64,000 nt of DNA from Antedon mediterranea (taxonomy: Eukaryota; Animalia; Echinodermata): NCBI RefSeq assembly GCF_964355755.1, contig NC_092671.1, forward strand, positions 25,060,070 through 25,124,069, read 5' to 3'. Below the pieces are notes generated by a model. It was not told the DNA's origin and ran no database searches. It was given only the letters and a program-made list of their open reading frames with translations. This document shows positions 38,399-51,200 of the stretch, one piece after another; position 1 is the first letter of the stretch, and every line of letters begins with the position of its first letter. Made by a program: the position numbers and the translations under genes.

Positions 38399-38760
38399 AA
38401 CATTGTCGATTTTATTCATAGAAACACACCAAAACTCTGCTGTAGTACGTGCGTCGGTTGTGTAGTGGTTAACATAGTTGCCTTCCAAGCAATTGTCCCG
38501 GGTTTGAGTCCCGGCCGACGCGCAATGTTTCCAAAGTTTATTAGTAAATGTGACGTATGGTAGTTTCCCGATTAATCGTACGATCAAACGGTACTGGGTA
38601 TGATCAACTAGCGTTCGTGTTCCCACTTAATCATCCATTCATAGAAGTAGTGATGAAGATATCAATCTGTGGCGACAATAGAATGGACCCGAGACCTGGC
38701 TATCTTCGACTTTTAAATAATAGAAAGTTTAGAATTTTTTTTGTTAGACTAGAAATGTAC

Positions 38761-41700
38761 TAGTCAGGCAGCATTTGTCACTATATTAACTTTACTTCAT
38801 ATATTTAGCCAAGTTTGATTTTTTACTTTTAAATGATCAAGGACATCACAAGAAACAACTTCCAACTTGTTGTCCAAATTCTAAACGCGTTTTTCATTCG
38901 CTGGAGGCGCTTTTTCAAAATGGCCGCCTATGTTATCAAGTACTTATATCTCGGCAACCACTAATTGTAGAGACTTGGTTTTAGTCTTAAAATGTTCGTA
39001 AGGTACATAATTCTATTCACTATAATGGAACATTTTGCCCTAAAATGACCGGAAATACTATTTCTGACCATTTAACCTTTGACCTGATCTTATCATATCT
39101 CAATAACTATTGGTCAGAAAGAGTTGATATTTATCCCAAATTTTTCAGAAAATACATGTTTCTATTTGCCTTAATGCAAAGGTTTGTTTCAAGATGGCCA
39201 GAAAAACCATATCTGACCTTTGACCATAACCTGTGTGATATCCACAACATGTTGGTTATAGATAACATTTTTCGACAGATTGCTCAGAACATCCATATTT
39301 GTAACACATTATTGATTTTTCAATTATTGATGCTTTAAAACATTCACTTAAGCTTGGAAATTAAAGTTTTAAAATAAATAAAAGCCACTCATTATCTCCA
39401 TACATAATCCTAGCCTGTGATTGGCTGAAAGTTCAAGCAGATTAGATTTCATGAGTTTAAATGGTAAGTGTTTTTTAAACCGATTTAAACAGTGTTTGCT
39501 GGGAAATCATACTTATTATTAGTACATATACATTTACTTGTATAATAATGTACCTATGCTGATATAAATGTTGTACAGAGAGGCCTTAGTTAAATAGTTA
39601 TAAACTATAATTCCAGCCTAGGCCTTGTCGCTAACACCTAGCAAACAATGCTAGCCTGGTGAGATCCCCGTGGAACTCAGTGACAAGCCAACTCAGTGCA
39701 TGTGGACCTCCGATGATGTCAGTCAAACGATTGAAAAGCGAGTCTAATTAGGAAAAGAAGCATTGGATAAATTTGTGACTTCACGAATGGTTGAAAAAAC
39801 CGTAAAATTTTGGGACCCTCAAAAGAAAAACAACTTCTCTTATTTCAAGGATGTAGGAGCAGTGGTGAAAACCAAAATTAAAGGTCAACTAGTTTCAATT
39901 AAGCAAGAGAGAAAGATGCTGTCTAGGTTGTTAGTTGTGGCAAAGAGCAGGCCAGAGTTCGCTCTAAAGGATGTCATAGGCAACTATGAGTTCAATAGCA
40001 CTCCACCATCAAATTTCCATCCAGATGGAAGAATGGTATTGCAGTCAATAACAGAACTCCCTCTACCAGATAATGTCAGCAGGCCTGTACAGAAAGATGA
40101 TAAAAAGCAGCATCAATCCTAATTATTGATGGAATGTGTGTCGTCAATATGGTAAAGAAGGTGTCTGAAAAGTTCAATGCTTCTGACTTTGCATCTGAAT
40201 TTGTTAACCTGATTGTTGGTATGAGCAAACCATATGATGAAGTTCGTCTTTTATTTGATCAATATCTATCAGGATCTTTAAAAGAATCTACACGAGATAA
40301 GAGAAAACAGAAAACAACTACCATTCACTACCATGACATTTTTATCGCACAAAGAGACCAAAGCTGAACTTACAAAATATCTGTCAGAGAAGATACCTAA
40401 TCACTTCAAGAACAACACGAAGAAGGTCCTAGCAACACATCACACGTCCATGATGGCAAACTGCAATCTCTCAGAAGTTATCAAGATACCAGAGATGACA
40501 CACGGACAACACACATTGGAAGAAGGGGACCAACTGGTCTTATTGTATGCCTTTGATTGTATGAACAAAGACCCAAGTGCCAATGTTGACATATTTTCTG
40601 TAGATACTGATGTCTTTATCCTTTTAACAGGAAGCTATCCTCTACTTCCTCCAATGACCACATTTTGTAGGAAAAGAGGGTAAAAAATACCTATATGGCA
40701 ATGCTATTACCGACTTTGAAAACAAATATCAGCAGCACTGATTGGATGGTACGCATTAGGTACAGATAACATAGGTACATTTGCTGGAAAAGTAGTGTCC
40801 GCCCATTTCAAAGCATTTCAATGCATTTGCTGTATATGGACTGACCTCTGAAATACCAAATTGGATTTTCAGGCAAATGGAAAGATATGTTTGCATATTA
40901 TACAGTACTTCTAAGATCAAGGCAGATTATGTCACAGACTTGAGATGGATGTTATTTGCACCGAAAGGCAAGGAAGGACAACAATTACCTCCAACCATGG
41001 GAACTCTTAGACCACACGTGGAAAGAGCATACTACATATCTATTGTATGTAATTCATCATGCAAGCCAACTCCATCTATTCCACCAGCAACTGACTACTC
41101 CTGGCAACTAGAAGATGGTCACTTGAAGCCGGTATTTTGCAACAATCCACCAGCACCAGAAGCTCTTCTAGAAATTCGTCGATGTACCTGCAATGGTTCA
41201 TGTTCAACAAATCGCTGTAGTTGTAAGAAAAACAACTTGCTCTGTACTGATGCATGTGAGTGTGGTGATGGATGTGAGAATACAAAGGACTGGAATGTAG
41301 AGCTAGTAGACGATATCGATGAACTTTATTGACTGGAGAGGGTAATCTGACTATATTCAATATTTATGGTATGTATTTATTTATTATAACAGTTCCATTG
41401 GTGATTTGAAATATTGATTTTGGAACAAGGGATATCATCAACAAAACCACAAGTACAGGTACAAGTTATAAACAATACTAGACAAATCTATAGTCTCTCA
41501 GTTATGGATATTACATGCATTAGGGCAAGAGGTCAGATATGGCATTTCTGTTTGCTTTAAAACAAAACATTTAATTACAGTAAATATAAAAAGGCATACT
41601 GTGAACAATTTGAAACAAATTTCAAGTCTGTGTGACCATTAGTTACCGAGATATGATGATAGGTCAAAGGTCAAACGGTCAGAAATGGCATTTTCAGTCA

Positions 41701-41975
41701 TTTCTGGTCAAAATATTCCATAGGGGTAAATAGAAATATGTACCTTACAAACATTTAAAGATTAAAACAAAGTCTCTACGATTAGTGGTTGCCAAAATAT
41801 AAGTACTTGATAGCATAAGCGGCCATTTTGAAAAAGCGCCCCCAGCGAATGAAAAACGCATTTAGAATTTGGACAACAAGTTGGAAGTTGTTCGTTGTGA
41901 TGTCCTTGATCACTTAAAAGTGAAAAATCAAACTTGGCTAAATATATGAAGTAAAATACAAATGCTGCCTGACTA
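38761..41975 (+). mobile_element. Academ (AcademX-type) DNA transposon, internally deleted and defective
   Basis: Termini TAGTCAGGCAGCATTTG / CAAATGCTGCCTGACTA; imperfect TIRs of roughly 450-480 bp; 3-bp TSD TAC (38758-60 and 41976-78). Coding remnants show XPG/PIN-like motifs and a C-terminal Cys8 finger. Confidence 0.88.
39763..41332 (+). pseudogene. Frameshifted C-terminal part of the Academ transposase (XPG-like nuclease plus Cys-rich CXC finger)
   Basis: Four ORF pieces with IIDGM, FDQY..SLKE.TR.KR, EEGD, SVDTDV, GTDN, LPPT..H..RA and CTCNGSCSTNRCSCKKNNLLCTDACECGDGCEN; in-frame stops and frameshifts. Confidence 0.85.
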
Positions 41976-42286
41976 TACGTTGTATGTATAGGCCTATAGA
42001 AAAATGGTTGTAGTTTTCAAAATTACGTTGTATAAGTTTTCAAAATTACGTTGTATAAGTTGCGATGTGAAAAACTGTTATTTGATCGTTAGTTGTCCTG
42101 TACATAAAGCAAAAACATAAATATAATAAAATAAAATAAAAATCGTTAGTAAAAATTTTAAAAAAGAGTAAAGATATAAGGAAGAAAAGCAAAGAGATCA
42201 TGGAGCGGCTGTACCAGAATATACAACACTAAGTATTGTAAAGTTAAAAACTAAAAAATTAGGCGAAACAGGTAGAAACACAGAAT

Positions 42287-45200
42287 AACTATAAAATATT
42301 TGGGTCGGACGGTAGTCGAACCCGGGACAATTGCTTGGAAGGCAACTATGTTAACCACTACACCACCGACGCACGTACTACAGTCGAGTTATGCTGTGTT
42401 ACTATGGATTAAATTGACAATAAAACTATAAAAATGTCTGTGTCGGCCGGGAATCGAACCCAGGACAACTGCTTGGAAGGCAACTATGTTAACCACTACA
42501 CCACCGACGCACGTACTACAGTCGAGTTATGCTGTGTTTCTATGGATTAAATCGACAATAAAACTATAAAATGATTGCGTCGGCCGGGAATCGAACCCGG
42601 GACAATTGCTTGGAAGGCAACTATGTTAACCACTACACCACCGACGCACGTACTACAGTCGAGTTATGCTGTGTTTCTATGGATTAAATCGACAATAAAA
42701 CTATAAAATGATTGCGTCGGCCGGGAATCGAACCCGGGACAATTGCTTGGAAGGCAACTATGTTAACCACTACACCACCGACGCAGGTACAACAGTCGAG
42801 TTATGCTGTGTTTCTATGGAGCAAATCGACAATAAAATTATAAAATGTGTGCGTTGGCTGGGAATCGAACCCGGGACAATTGCTTGGAAGGCAACTATGT
42901 TAACCACTACACCACCAACGCAGGTACTACAGTCGAGTTATGCTGTGTTTCTATGGATTAAATTGACAATAAAACTATAAAAATGTCTGTGTCGGCCGGG
43001 AATCGAACCCAGGAAAACTGCTTGGAAGGCAACTATGTTAACCACTACACCACCAACGCACGTACTACAGTCGAGTTATGCTGTGTTTCTATGGATTAAA
43101 TCGACCATAAAACTATAAAATGATTGCGTCGGCCGGGAATCGAACCCGGGACAATTGCTTGGAAGGCAACTATGTTAACCACTACACCACCGCCGCACGT
43201 ACTACAGTCGAGTTATGCTGTGTTTCTATGGATCAAATCGACAATAAAACTATAAAATGTCTGCGTCGGCCGGGAATCGAACCCGGGACAATTGCTTGGA
43301 AGGCAACTATGTTAACCACTACACCACCGACGCATGCATTATTATCGAGTTATGCTGTATTTCCATGGATCAAATCGACAATAAAACTATGCAATGTTTG
43401 CGTCGGCCGGGAATCGAACCCTGGACAATTGCTTGGAAAGCAACTATGTTAACCACTACATCACCAACGCGCGTACTACAGTCGAGTTATGCTGTGTTTC
43501 TATGGATCAAATCGACAATAAAACTATAAATTGTTTGCCTCGGCCGGGAATCGAACTCGGGACAACTGCTTGGGAGGCAACTATGTTAACCACTACACCA
43601 CATTACAATGGAGTTATTCTGTGTTTCTACAGATCACATTGACTAATAAACTTTGAAAACATTGCGTCGGCAAGGAATTGAACCCGGGACAATTGCTTGG
43701 AACGCAACTAATTAACCACTACACAACCGACGTCGTACTACAGTCGAGTTATGCTGTGTTTCTATGGATCAAATCGACAATAAAACTATAAAATGTTTCG
43801 TCGGCCGGTAATCGAACCCGGGACAATTGCTTGGAAGGCAACTATGTTAACCACTACACCACCGACGAGCGTACTACAGTCGAGTTATGCTGTGTTTCTA
43901 TGGAACAAATCGACAATAAAACTATAAAATGATTGCGTCGGCCGGGAATCGAACCCGGGACAATTCCTTGGAAGGCAACTATGTTAACCACTACACCACC
44001 GACGCGCGTACTACAGTCGAGTTATGCTGTGTTTCTATGGATCAAATCGACAATAAAACTATAAAATGTTTGCGTCGGCCGGGAATCGAACCCGGGACAA
44101 TTGCTTGGAAGGCAACTATGTTAAACCACTACACCACCGACGTGCGAACTACAGTCGAGTTATGCTGTGTTTCTATGGATTAAATTGACTATAAAACTAT
44201 AAAAATGTCTGTGTCGGCCGGGAATCGAACCCAGGACAACTGCTTGGAAGGCAACTATGTTAACCACTACACCACCAACGCACGTACTACAGTCGAGTTA
44301 TGCTGTGTTTCTATGGATTAAATCGACAATAAAACTATAAAATGATTGCGTCGGCCGGGAATCGAACCCGGGACAATTGCTTGGAAGGCAACTATGTTAA
44401 CCACTACACCACCGACGCACGCATTATAATCGAGTTATGCTGTATTTCCATGGATCAAATCGACAATAAAACTATGCAATGTTTGCGTCGGCCGGGAATC
44501 GAACCCTGGACAATTGCTTGGAAGGCAACTATGTTAACCACTACACCACCGACGCGCGTACTACAGTCGAGTTATGCTGTGTTTCTATGGATCAAATCGA
44601 CAATAAAACTATAAATTGTTTGCCTCGGCCGGGAATCGAACCCGGGACAACTGCTTGGGAGGCAACTATGTTAACCACTACACCACATTACAATGGAGTT
44701 ATTCTGTGTTTCTACAGATCACATTGACTAATAAACTTTGAAAACATTGCGTCGGCAAGGAATTGAACCCGGGACAATTGCTTGGAACGCAACTATGTTA
44801 ACCACTACACAACCGACGTCGTACTACAGTCGAGTTATGCTGTGTTTCTATGGATCAAATCGACAATAAAACTATAAAATGTTTGCGTCGGCCGGTAATC
44901 GAACCCGGGACAATTGCTTGGAAGGCAACTATGTTAACCACTACACCACCGATGAGCGTACTACAGTCGAGTTATGCTGTGTTTCTATGGAACAAATCGA
45001 CAATAAAACTATAAAATGTTTGCGTCGGCCGGGAATGGAACCCGGGACAATTGCTTGAAAGGCAACTATGTTAACCACTACACCACCGACGCGCGTACTA
45101 CAGTCGAGTTATGCTGTGTTTCTATGGATCAAATCGATAATAAAACTATAAAATGTTTGCGTCGGCCGGGAATCGAACCCGGGACAATTGCTTGGAAGGC

Positions 45201-48200
45201 AACTATGTTAAACCACTACACCACCGACGTGCGAACTACAGTCGAGTTATGCTGTGTTTCTATGGATCAAATCGACAATAAAACTATAAAATGTTTGCGT
45301 CGGCCGGGAATCGAACCCGGGACAATTGCTTGGAAGGCAACTATGTTAACCACTACACCACCGACGCGCGAACTACAGTCGAGTTATGCTGTGTTTCTAT
45401 GGATCAAATCGACAATAAAACTATAAAATGTTTGTGTCGGCCGGGAATCGAACCCGGGACAATTGCTTGGAAGGCAACTATGTTAACCACTACACCACCG
45501 ACGCGCGTACTACAGTCGCGTTATGCTGTGTTTCTATGGATCAAATCGACAATAAAACTATAAAATGTTTGCGTCGGCCGCCGGGAATCGAACCAGGGAC
45601 AATTGCTTGGAAGGCAACTATGTTAACCACTACACCACCGACGCGCGTAATACAGTCGAGTTATGCTGTGTTTCTATGGATCAAATCGACAATAAAACTA
45701 TAAAATATTTGCGTCGGCAGGGAATCGAACCCGGGACAATTGCTTGGAAGGCAACTATGTTAACCACTACACCACATTACAATGGAGTTATTCTGTGTTT
45801 CTACTACAGATGTAGAAGGCAACTATGTTAACCACTACACCAACGACGCGTGTATTACAGTCGAGTTATGCTGTGTTTCTATGGATGAAATCGACAATAA
45901 AACTATAAAATGTTTGCGTCGGCCGGGAATCGAACCCGGGACAATTGCTTTGAACGCAACTATGTTAACCACTACACAACCGACGTCGTACTACAGTCTA
46001 GTTATGCTGTGTTTCTATGGATCAAAGCGACAATAAAACTATAAAATGTTTGCGTCGGCCGGTAATCGAACCCGGGACAATTGCTTGGAAGGCAACTATG
46101 TTAACCACTACACCACCGACGAGCGTACTACAGACGAGTTATGCTGTGTTTCTATGGAACAAATCGACAATAAAACTATAAAATGTTTGCGTCGGCCAGG
46201 AATGGAACCCGGGACAATTGCTTGGAAGGCAACTATGTTAACCACTACACCACCGACGCGCGTACTACAGTCGAGTTATGCTGTGTTTCTATGGATCAAA
46301 TCGACAATAAAACTATAAAATGTTTGCGTCGGCCGGGAATCGAACCCGGGACAATTGCTTGGAAGGCAACTATGTTAAACCACTACACCACCGACGTGCG
46401 AACTACAGTCGAGTTATGCTGTGTTTCTATGGATCAAATCGACAATAAAACTATAAAATGTTTGCGTCGGCCGGGAATCGAACCCGGGACAATTGCTTGG
46501 AAGGCAACTATGTTAACCACTACACCACCGACGCGCGAACTACAGTCGAGTTATGCTGTGTTTCTATGGATCAAATCGACAATAAAACTATAAAATGTTT
46601 GTGTCGGCCGGGAATCGAACCCGGGACAATTGCTTGGAAGGCAACTATGTTAACCACTACACCACCGACGCGCGTACTACAGTCGCGTTATGCTGTGTTT
46701 CTATGGATCAAATCGACAATAAAACTATAAAATGTTTGCGTCGGCCGCCGGGAATCGAACCAGGGACAATTGCTTGGAAGGCAACTATGTTAACCACTAC
46801 ACCACCGACGCGCGTACTACAGTCGAGTTATGCTGTGTTTCTATGGATCAAATCGACAATAAAACTATAAAATATTTGCGTCGGCAGGGAATCGAACCCG
46901 AGACAATTGCTTGGAAGGCAACTATGTTAACCACTACACCACATTACAATGGAGTTATTCTGTGTTTCTACAGATGTAGAAGGCAACTATGTTAACCACT
47001 ACACCAACGACGCGTGTATTACAGTCGAGTTATGCTGTGTTTCTATGGATGAAGTCGACAATAAAACTATAAAATGTTTGCGTCGGCCGGGAATCGAACC
47101 CGGGACAATTGCTTGGAAGGCAACTATGTTAACCACTACACCACCGACACGCGTACTACAGTCGAGTTATGCTGTGTTTCTATGGATCAAATCGACAATA
47201 AAACTATAAAATGTTTGCGTCGGCCGGGAATCGAACCCAGGACAACTGCTTGGAAGGCAACTATGTTAACCACTACACCACCGACGCACGTACTACAGTC
47301 GAGTTATGCTGTGTTTCTATGGATTAAATCGACAATAAAACTATAAAATGTTTGCGTCGGCCGGGAATCGAACCCGGGACAATTGCTTGGAAGGCAACTA
47401 TGTTAACCACTACACCACCGACGCACGTACTACAGTCGAGTTATGCTGTGTTTCTATGGATTAAATCGACAATAAAACTATAAAATGATTGCGTCGGCCG
47501 GGAATCGAACCCGGGACAATTGCTTGGAAGGCAACTATGTTAACCACTACACCACCGACGCAGTTACAACAGTCGAGTTATGCTGTGTTTCTATGGAGCA
47601 AATCGACAATAAAATTATAAAATGTGTGCGTTGGCTGGGAATCGAACCCGGGACAATTGCTTGGAAGGCAACTATGTTAACCACTACACCACCAACGCAG
47701 GTACTATACAGTCGAGTTATGCTGTGTTTCTATCGATTAAATTGACAATAAAACTATAAAAATGTCTGTGTCGGCCGGGAATCGAACCAAGGCAACTGCT
47801 TGGAAGGCAACTATGTTAACCACTACACCACCAACGCACGTACTACAGTCGAGTTATGCTGTGTTTCTATGGATTAAATCGACAAATAAACTATAAAATG
47901 TTTGCGTCGGCCGGGATTCGAACCCGGGACAATTGCTTGGAAGGCAACTATGTTAACCACTACACCACCGACGCACGTACTACAGTCGAGTTTTGCTGTG
48001 TTTCTATGGATTAAATCGACAATAAAACTATAAAATGATTGCGTCGGCCGGGAATCGAACCCGGGACAATTGCTTGGAAGGCAACTATGTTAACCACTAC
48101 ACCACCGACGCAGTTACAACAGTCGAGTTATGCTGTGTTTCTATGGAGCAAATCGACAATAAAATTATAAAATGTGTGCGTTGGCGGGGAATCGAACCCG

Positions 48201-51200
48201 GGACAATTGCTTGGAAGGCAACTATGTTAACCACTACACCACCAACGCAGGTACTATACAGTCGAGTTATGCTGTGTTTCTATCGATTATATTGACAATA
48301 AAACTATAAAAATGTCTGTGTCGGCCGGGAATCGAACCAAGGCAACTGCTTGGAAGGCAACTATGTTAACCACTACACCACCAACGCACGTACTACAGTC
48401 GAGTTATGCTGTGTTTCTATGGATTAAATCGACAAATAAACTATAAAATGATTGCGTCGGCCGGGAATCGAACCCGGGACAATTGCTTGGAAGGCAACTA
48501 TGTTAACCACTACACCACCGACGCACGCATTATAATCGAGTTATGCTGTATTTCCATGGATCAAATCGACAATAAAACTATGCAATGTTTGCGTCGGCCG
48601 GGAATCGAACCCTGGACAATTGCTTGGAAGGCAACTATGTTAACCACTACACCACCACCGACGCGCGTACTACAGTCGAGTTATGCTGTGTTTCTATGGA
48701 TCAAATCGACAATAAAACTATAAATTGTTTGCCTCGGCCGGGAATCGAACCCGGGACAACTGCTTGGGAGGCAACTATGTTAACCACTACACCACATTAC
48801 AATGGAGTTATTCTGTTTTTCTACAGATCACATTGACTAATAAACTTTGAAAACATTGCGTCGGCATGGAATTGAACCCGGGACAATTGCTTGGAACGCA
48901 ACTATGTTAACCACTACACAACCGACGTCGTACTACAGTCGAGTTATGCTGTGTTTCTATGGATCAAATCGACAATAAAACTATAAAATGTTTGCGTCGG
49001 CCGGTAATCGAACCCGGGACAATTGCTTGGAAGGCAACTATGTTAACCACTACACCACCGACGAGCGTACTACAGTCGAGTTATGCTGTGTTTCTATGGA
49101 ACAAATCGACAATAAAACTATAAAATGTTTGCGTCGGCCGGGAATGGAACCCGGGACAATTGCTTGGAAGGCAACTATGTTAACCACTACACCACCGACG
49201 CGCGTACTACAGTCGAGTTATGCTGTGTTTCTATGGATCAAATCGACAATAAAACTATAAAATGTTTGCGTCGGCCGGGAATCGAACCCGGGACAATTGC
49301 TTGGAAGGCAACTATGTTAACCACTACACCACCGACGCGCGTACTACAGTCGCGTTATGCTGTGTTTCTATGGATCAAATCGACAATAAAACTATAAAAT
49401 GTTTGCGTCGGCCGCCGGGAATCGAACCAGGGACAATTGCTTGGAAGGCAACTATGTTAACCACTACACCACCGACGCGCGTACTACAGTCGAGTTATGC
49501 TGTGTTTCTATGGATCAAATCGACAATAAAACTATAAAATATTTGCGTCGGCAGGGAATCGAACCCGGGACAATTGCTTGGAAGGCAACTATGTTAACCA
49601 CTACACCACATTACAATGGAGTTATTCTGTGTTTCTACAGATGTAGAAGGCAACTATGTTAACCACTACACCAACGACGCGTGTATTACAGTCGAGTTAT
49701 GCTGTGTTTCTATGGATGAAATCGACAATAAAACTATAAAATGTTTGCGTCGGCCGGGAATCGAACCCGGGACAATTGCTTGGAAGGCAACTATGTTAAC
49801 CACTACACCACCGACGCGCGTACTACAGTCGAGTTATGCTGTGTTTCTATGGATCAAATCGACAATAAAACTATAAAATGTTTGCGTCGGCCGGGAATCG
49901 AACCCAGGACAACTGCTTGGAAGGCAACTATGTTAACCACTACACCACCGACGCACGTACTACAGTCGAGTTATGCTGTGTTTCTATGGATTAAATCGAC
50001 AATAAAACTATAAAATGTTTGCGTCGGCCGGGAATCGAACCCGGGACAATTGCTTGGAAGGCAACTATGTTAACCACTACACCACCGACGCAGTTACAAC
50101 AGTCGAGTTATGCTGTGTTTCTATGGAGCAAATCGACAATAAAATTATAAAATGTGTGCGTTGGCTGGGAATCGAACCCGGGACAATTGCTTGGAAGGCA
50201 ACTATGTTAACCACTACACCACCAACGCAGGTACTATACAGTCGAGTTATGCTGTGTTTCTATCGATTAAATTGACAATAAAACTATAAAAATGTCTGTG
50301 TCGGCCGGGAATCGAACCAAGGCAACTGCTTGGAAGGCAACTATGTTAACCACTACACCACCAACGCACGTACTACAGTCGAGTTATGCTGTGTTTCTAT
50401 GGATTAAATCGACAAATAAACTATAAAATGTTTGCGTCGGCCGGGAATCGAACCCGGGACAATTGCTTGGAAGGCAACTATGTTAACCACTACACCACCG
50501 ACGCACGTACTACAGTCGAGTTATGCTGTGTTTCTATGGATTAAATCGACAATAAAACTATAAAATGATTGCGTCGGCCGGGAATCGAACCCGGGACAAT
50601 TGCTTGGAAGGCAACTATGTTAACCACTACACCACCGACGCAGTTACAACAGTCGAGTTATGCTGTGTTTCTATGGAGCAAATCGACAATAAAATTATAA
50701 AATGTGTGCGTTGGCTGGGAATCGAACCCGGGACAATTGCTTGGAAGGCAACTATGTTAACCACTACACCACCAACGCAGGTACTATACAGTCGAGTTAT
50801 GCTGTGTTTCTATCGATTAAATTGACAATAAAACTATAAAAATGTCTGTGTCGGCCGGGAATCGAACCAAGGCAACTGCTTGGAAGGCAACTATGTTAAC
50901 CACTACACCACCAACGCACGTACTACAGTCGAGTTATGCTGTGTTTCTATGGATTAAATCGACAAATAAACTATAAAATGATTGCGTCGGCCGGGAATCG
51001 AACCCGGGACAATTGCTTGGAAGGCAACTATGTTAACCACTACACCACCGACGCACGCATTATAATCGAGTTATGCTGTATTTCCATGGATCAAATCGAC
51101 AATAAAACTATGCAATGTTTGCGTCGGCCGGGAATCGAACCCTGGACAATTGCTTGGAAGGCAACTATGTTAACCACTACACCACCACCGACGCGCGTAC

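Larger units (their letters stand above)
36481..38553 (+). tRNA. Tandem array of about 15 tRNA-Gly(TCC) genes and pseudogenes, 137-bp unit
   Basis: Each unit folds as GCGTCGG TG GTGT AGTGGTTA ACAT A GTTGC CTTCCAA GCAAT TGTC CCGGG TTCGATT CCCGG CCGACGC A, followed by T4 runs. Closely resembles metazoan tRNA-Gly-TCC. Confidence 0.95.

Noticed and set aside
40877-41332. Host tesmin/CXC-domain gene
   Set aside because: It lies within TIRs and a TSD, and is the C-terminus of a broken transposase.
38761-41975. Academ ends as the inversion breakpoints
   Set aside because: The TSD is intact on both sides and + orientation array sequence resumes at 42272, beyond the element.
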